A stretch of 64,000 bases of DNA, from NCBI GenBank assembly GCA_964016885.1, contig OZ024740.1:313286001-313350000 (forward strand), given 5' to 3'. This DNA is from Eledone cirrhosa. Lineage: Eukaryota. Each line of letters starts with the position of its first letter. Position 1 is the first letter of the stretch. Made by a program: the position numbers and the translations under genes. Shown here one piece after another: positions 61,908 to 64,000 of the stretch. The notes under the pieces are model-generated. The model made no database searches. It saw only the letters and a program-made list of their open reading frames with translations, and was not told the origin of the DNA.

Positions 61908-64000
61908 CTTGTACACACCCCTGCCGAACACCGGTCCCCAAATCGAACGACTCCGTCTCCCCACCATAGACCCTCACTCGATCCCGAGTCGACCAGTAGT
62001 ACCTTGTATGAGACGAAGTAGCTTCACTGGAAGGCCGTCCGCCTGCATTATACGCCATAGGGCTTCCCGATCTACCGAGTCGAAGGCAGCTGCAAAGTCG
62101 ATGAAGCAGAGTACGGTAGGCTGTTGATGTGCCCACCGTTGTTCCAGGACACGCCGGGGAATGAAGATTTGATCAACGCACCCCCTCCCCGGACGGAAGC
62201 CACCCTGAGAAGGACGGGTACGGACATCACGGATGGCCTGGAACCTCTTCAGCAGAAGAATTGCGAAGGTCTTGGCAGCAGCGTCAATTAAACTGATACC
62301 CCTGTAGTTGGAACACAGTTTCCTGTCGCCCTTTTTGAAGAAGGGTAGGAGAGTTGCCTCGCTCCAGTCACCAGGGCACCGCTCCGTCGCCCACACCGAG
62401 GAGAAGACTCGATGGAGCCAAGCTGCGAAGATATCAGGCTCGGCCTTGTAGACCTCAGCTGGAACGCCATCCTCGCCCGGCGCCTTGTTGTTACGGAGAT
62501 GTGTCAGGACACCACGTACCTCCTCGACCATTGGAGGAGCAGTGCCCCACCTTATTCTTCTCCGGAAGCCTGCACGTATGTTGGCGTGGATGGTGGCGGG
62601 TAGTTGAGCAGCTCGGAGAAATGGTCCTGCCATCGGACTAACGGGTCCCCCGTTCCAATCACGGATCGTCTCGCTGATACCCGTACTGCTTCGGCTGGCC
62701 CGCTTCACCAGTTGGTAGAGCTTGCGCGAGTCACACAGGCTGCTGCCCTCTCCGTCTGCTCTGCAAACTCGCGCCAGTGTGCATTCCGATCGGCCCGAAT
62801 AGCCCGAGATGTGCGACGTCGGAGATCTCGAAGATTGGGTGCACCCTCGAGTCGGGCCACTCTCGCCCTCTCCGCGAGTTCAAGAGTGCCGCCGGAGATC
62901 CAGTCTCAATGGCGTCCGTGGGCCGACCTGAGATGCTCCCTGGACACCTCAACCGTCACCGCCCTGAGCGCGTTCCACTCCTGGTCCGGTTGCTGTTCTA
63001 CTTCGTTACTCAGCATTTGGAATCGATCTCGCAGCTCTAACCGGAAAGCATTTCCAGCATCGAGCTTGAGTCGCGAGATGTCGATCTTTTTCTGGCGGTT
63101 GGGAGGAGGTTTCGTCCGCAGCCGCAGACGTTGCTCGAACAAGAGTATGGTCTGACCCATGCTCACTCCCCGTATCAGGCCCCCCCCCCCCCCCGATACG
63201 CACGCGAGTCCATCACTGAGTTGGGCCACCGAGATCTGACCAGGATGAAGTCAATCTGATTGGCCGTTCTTTCGTCATTGGATCGCCACGTGACGAGGTG
63301 ACGCCGAGGATGTTGGAACCGGGTGTTGTTGACGATAAGACGATTGGCGTCCGCGAAGGACACGAGCCGTTCACCATTATCACAGCGTACACCTAGGGCG
63401 AAGCGTCCTAGAATATGCCGTGTTGTATCATCAGCCGGCCCCGTCCGCGCATTCCAGTCCCCAGCGACAATGAGAACATCACTGGAGGGGACGCCATCCA
63501 CGGTTGTTTGGAGATCGGCATAGAACTGCGTCTTGCCCGCCTCGTTTGCATTGAGTGTGGGACCGTAGACGGCAATTACGCTGACGTTGGAGATTTGACC
63601 CTTCAATCGAACCAGCGCGAGTCGGTGTGAGATCGGCTGCCACGCCAGCAGAGCCGCTTGCGCGTAGTGGCTGAGCGCTACGGCGACCCCGTGAAGGCCA
63701 CTGTTGTCAGTCACGCCACTATGGTACAAGTGGTAGGAGATGTCCTCGTCAGGAAATTTGATCGGAAGATGACCAACATCGGGATGTCGAACTTCTGAAA
63801 GGCAAGCGACATTAACGCAGTACCTGTGCAGAGCCCTCATTGTAAGTGCCTGGACCCCGTCGTCACGAAGTGTTCGGACGTTCCAGCACAGCACCCTCAA
63901 TTCCTTCCTTCGTCTGAAGAGCAGGACTACTGCGGAAGTAGTCTGTAGAGCCATAGCGGTAGGAGCGCTGTTGCTTTGCATTGCGTTCGTAGCAGGAAGG
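61908..64000 (-). mobile_element. GC-rich RTE-clade LINE (EN + N-terminal RT), frameshifted and 3'-deleted
   Basis: WNVRTL, CLSEVR, VAGDWNARTG, QIDFIL, GSDH; KAPGEDG, NYRGISL, GFRPGRGCVDQIF, FIDFAAAFDSV, GVRQGCV, then ends abruptly before YADD. Confidence 0.93.

Overview
AT-rich, repeat-dominated animal genomic DNA. It is most likely an octopod cephalopod, inferred from the SINE families and the dense (TA)n/(CA)n/(TAA)n/(CAT)n microsatellites. No host protein-coding exon can be identified with confidence, and nearly all ORF-track entries are microsatellite translations or transposon remnants. Recognisable content includes a near-complete CR1/L2-type LINE ORF2 (12.2-15.2 kb), RTE elements and many RTE 3' ends, and R4/Dong fragments. 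There are also a Tx1 (L1-clade) fragment fused head-to-head with an R4/Dong fragment, a CRE 3' end, a Penelope GIY-YIG remnant and a deleted DD37D (maT) mariner. Several MITEs, two tRNA-derived SINE families (some in arrays) and several minisatellites complete the list. The most interesting signal is a set of short fold-back or partial-tandem elements embedded in (TA)n tracts. Some carry minimal type-I hammerhead ribozyme motifs (complete cores at ~9.53 and ~25.9 kb), and one (59.2-59.85 kb) is a ~270-bp permuted unit with a full 72-nt tRNA cloverleaf. They look like Penelope-pLTR/retrozyme-like non-autonomous RNA elements. CpG-density domains and a few strong minus-strand splice signals hint at an unidentified host gene. 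All calls were made by eye; no alignments or database searches were run.
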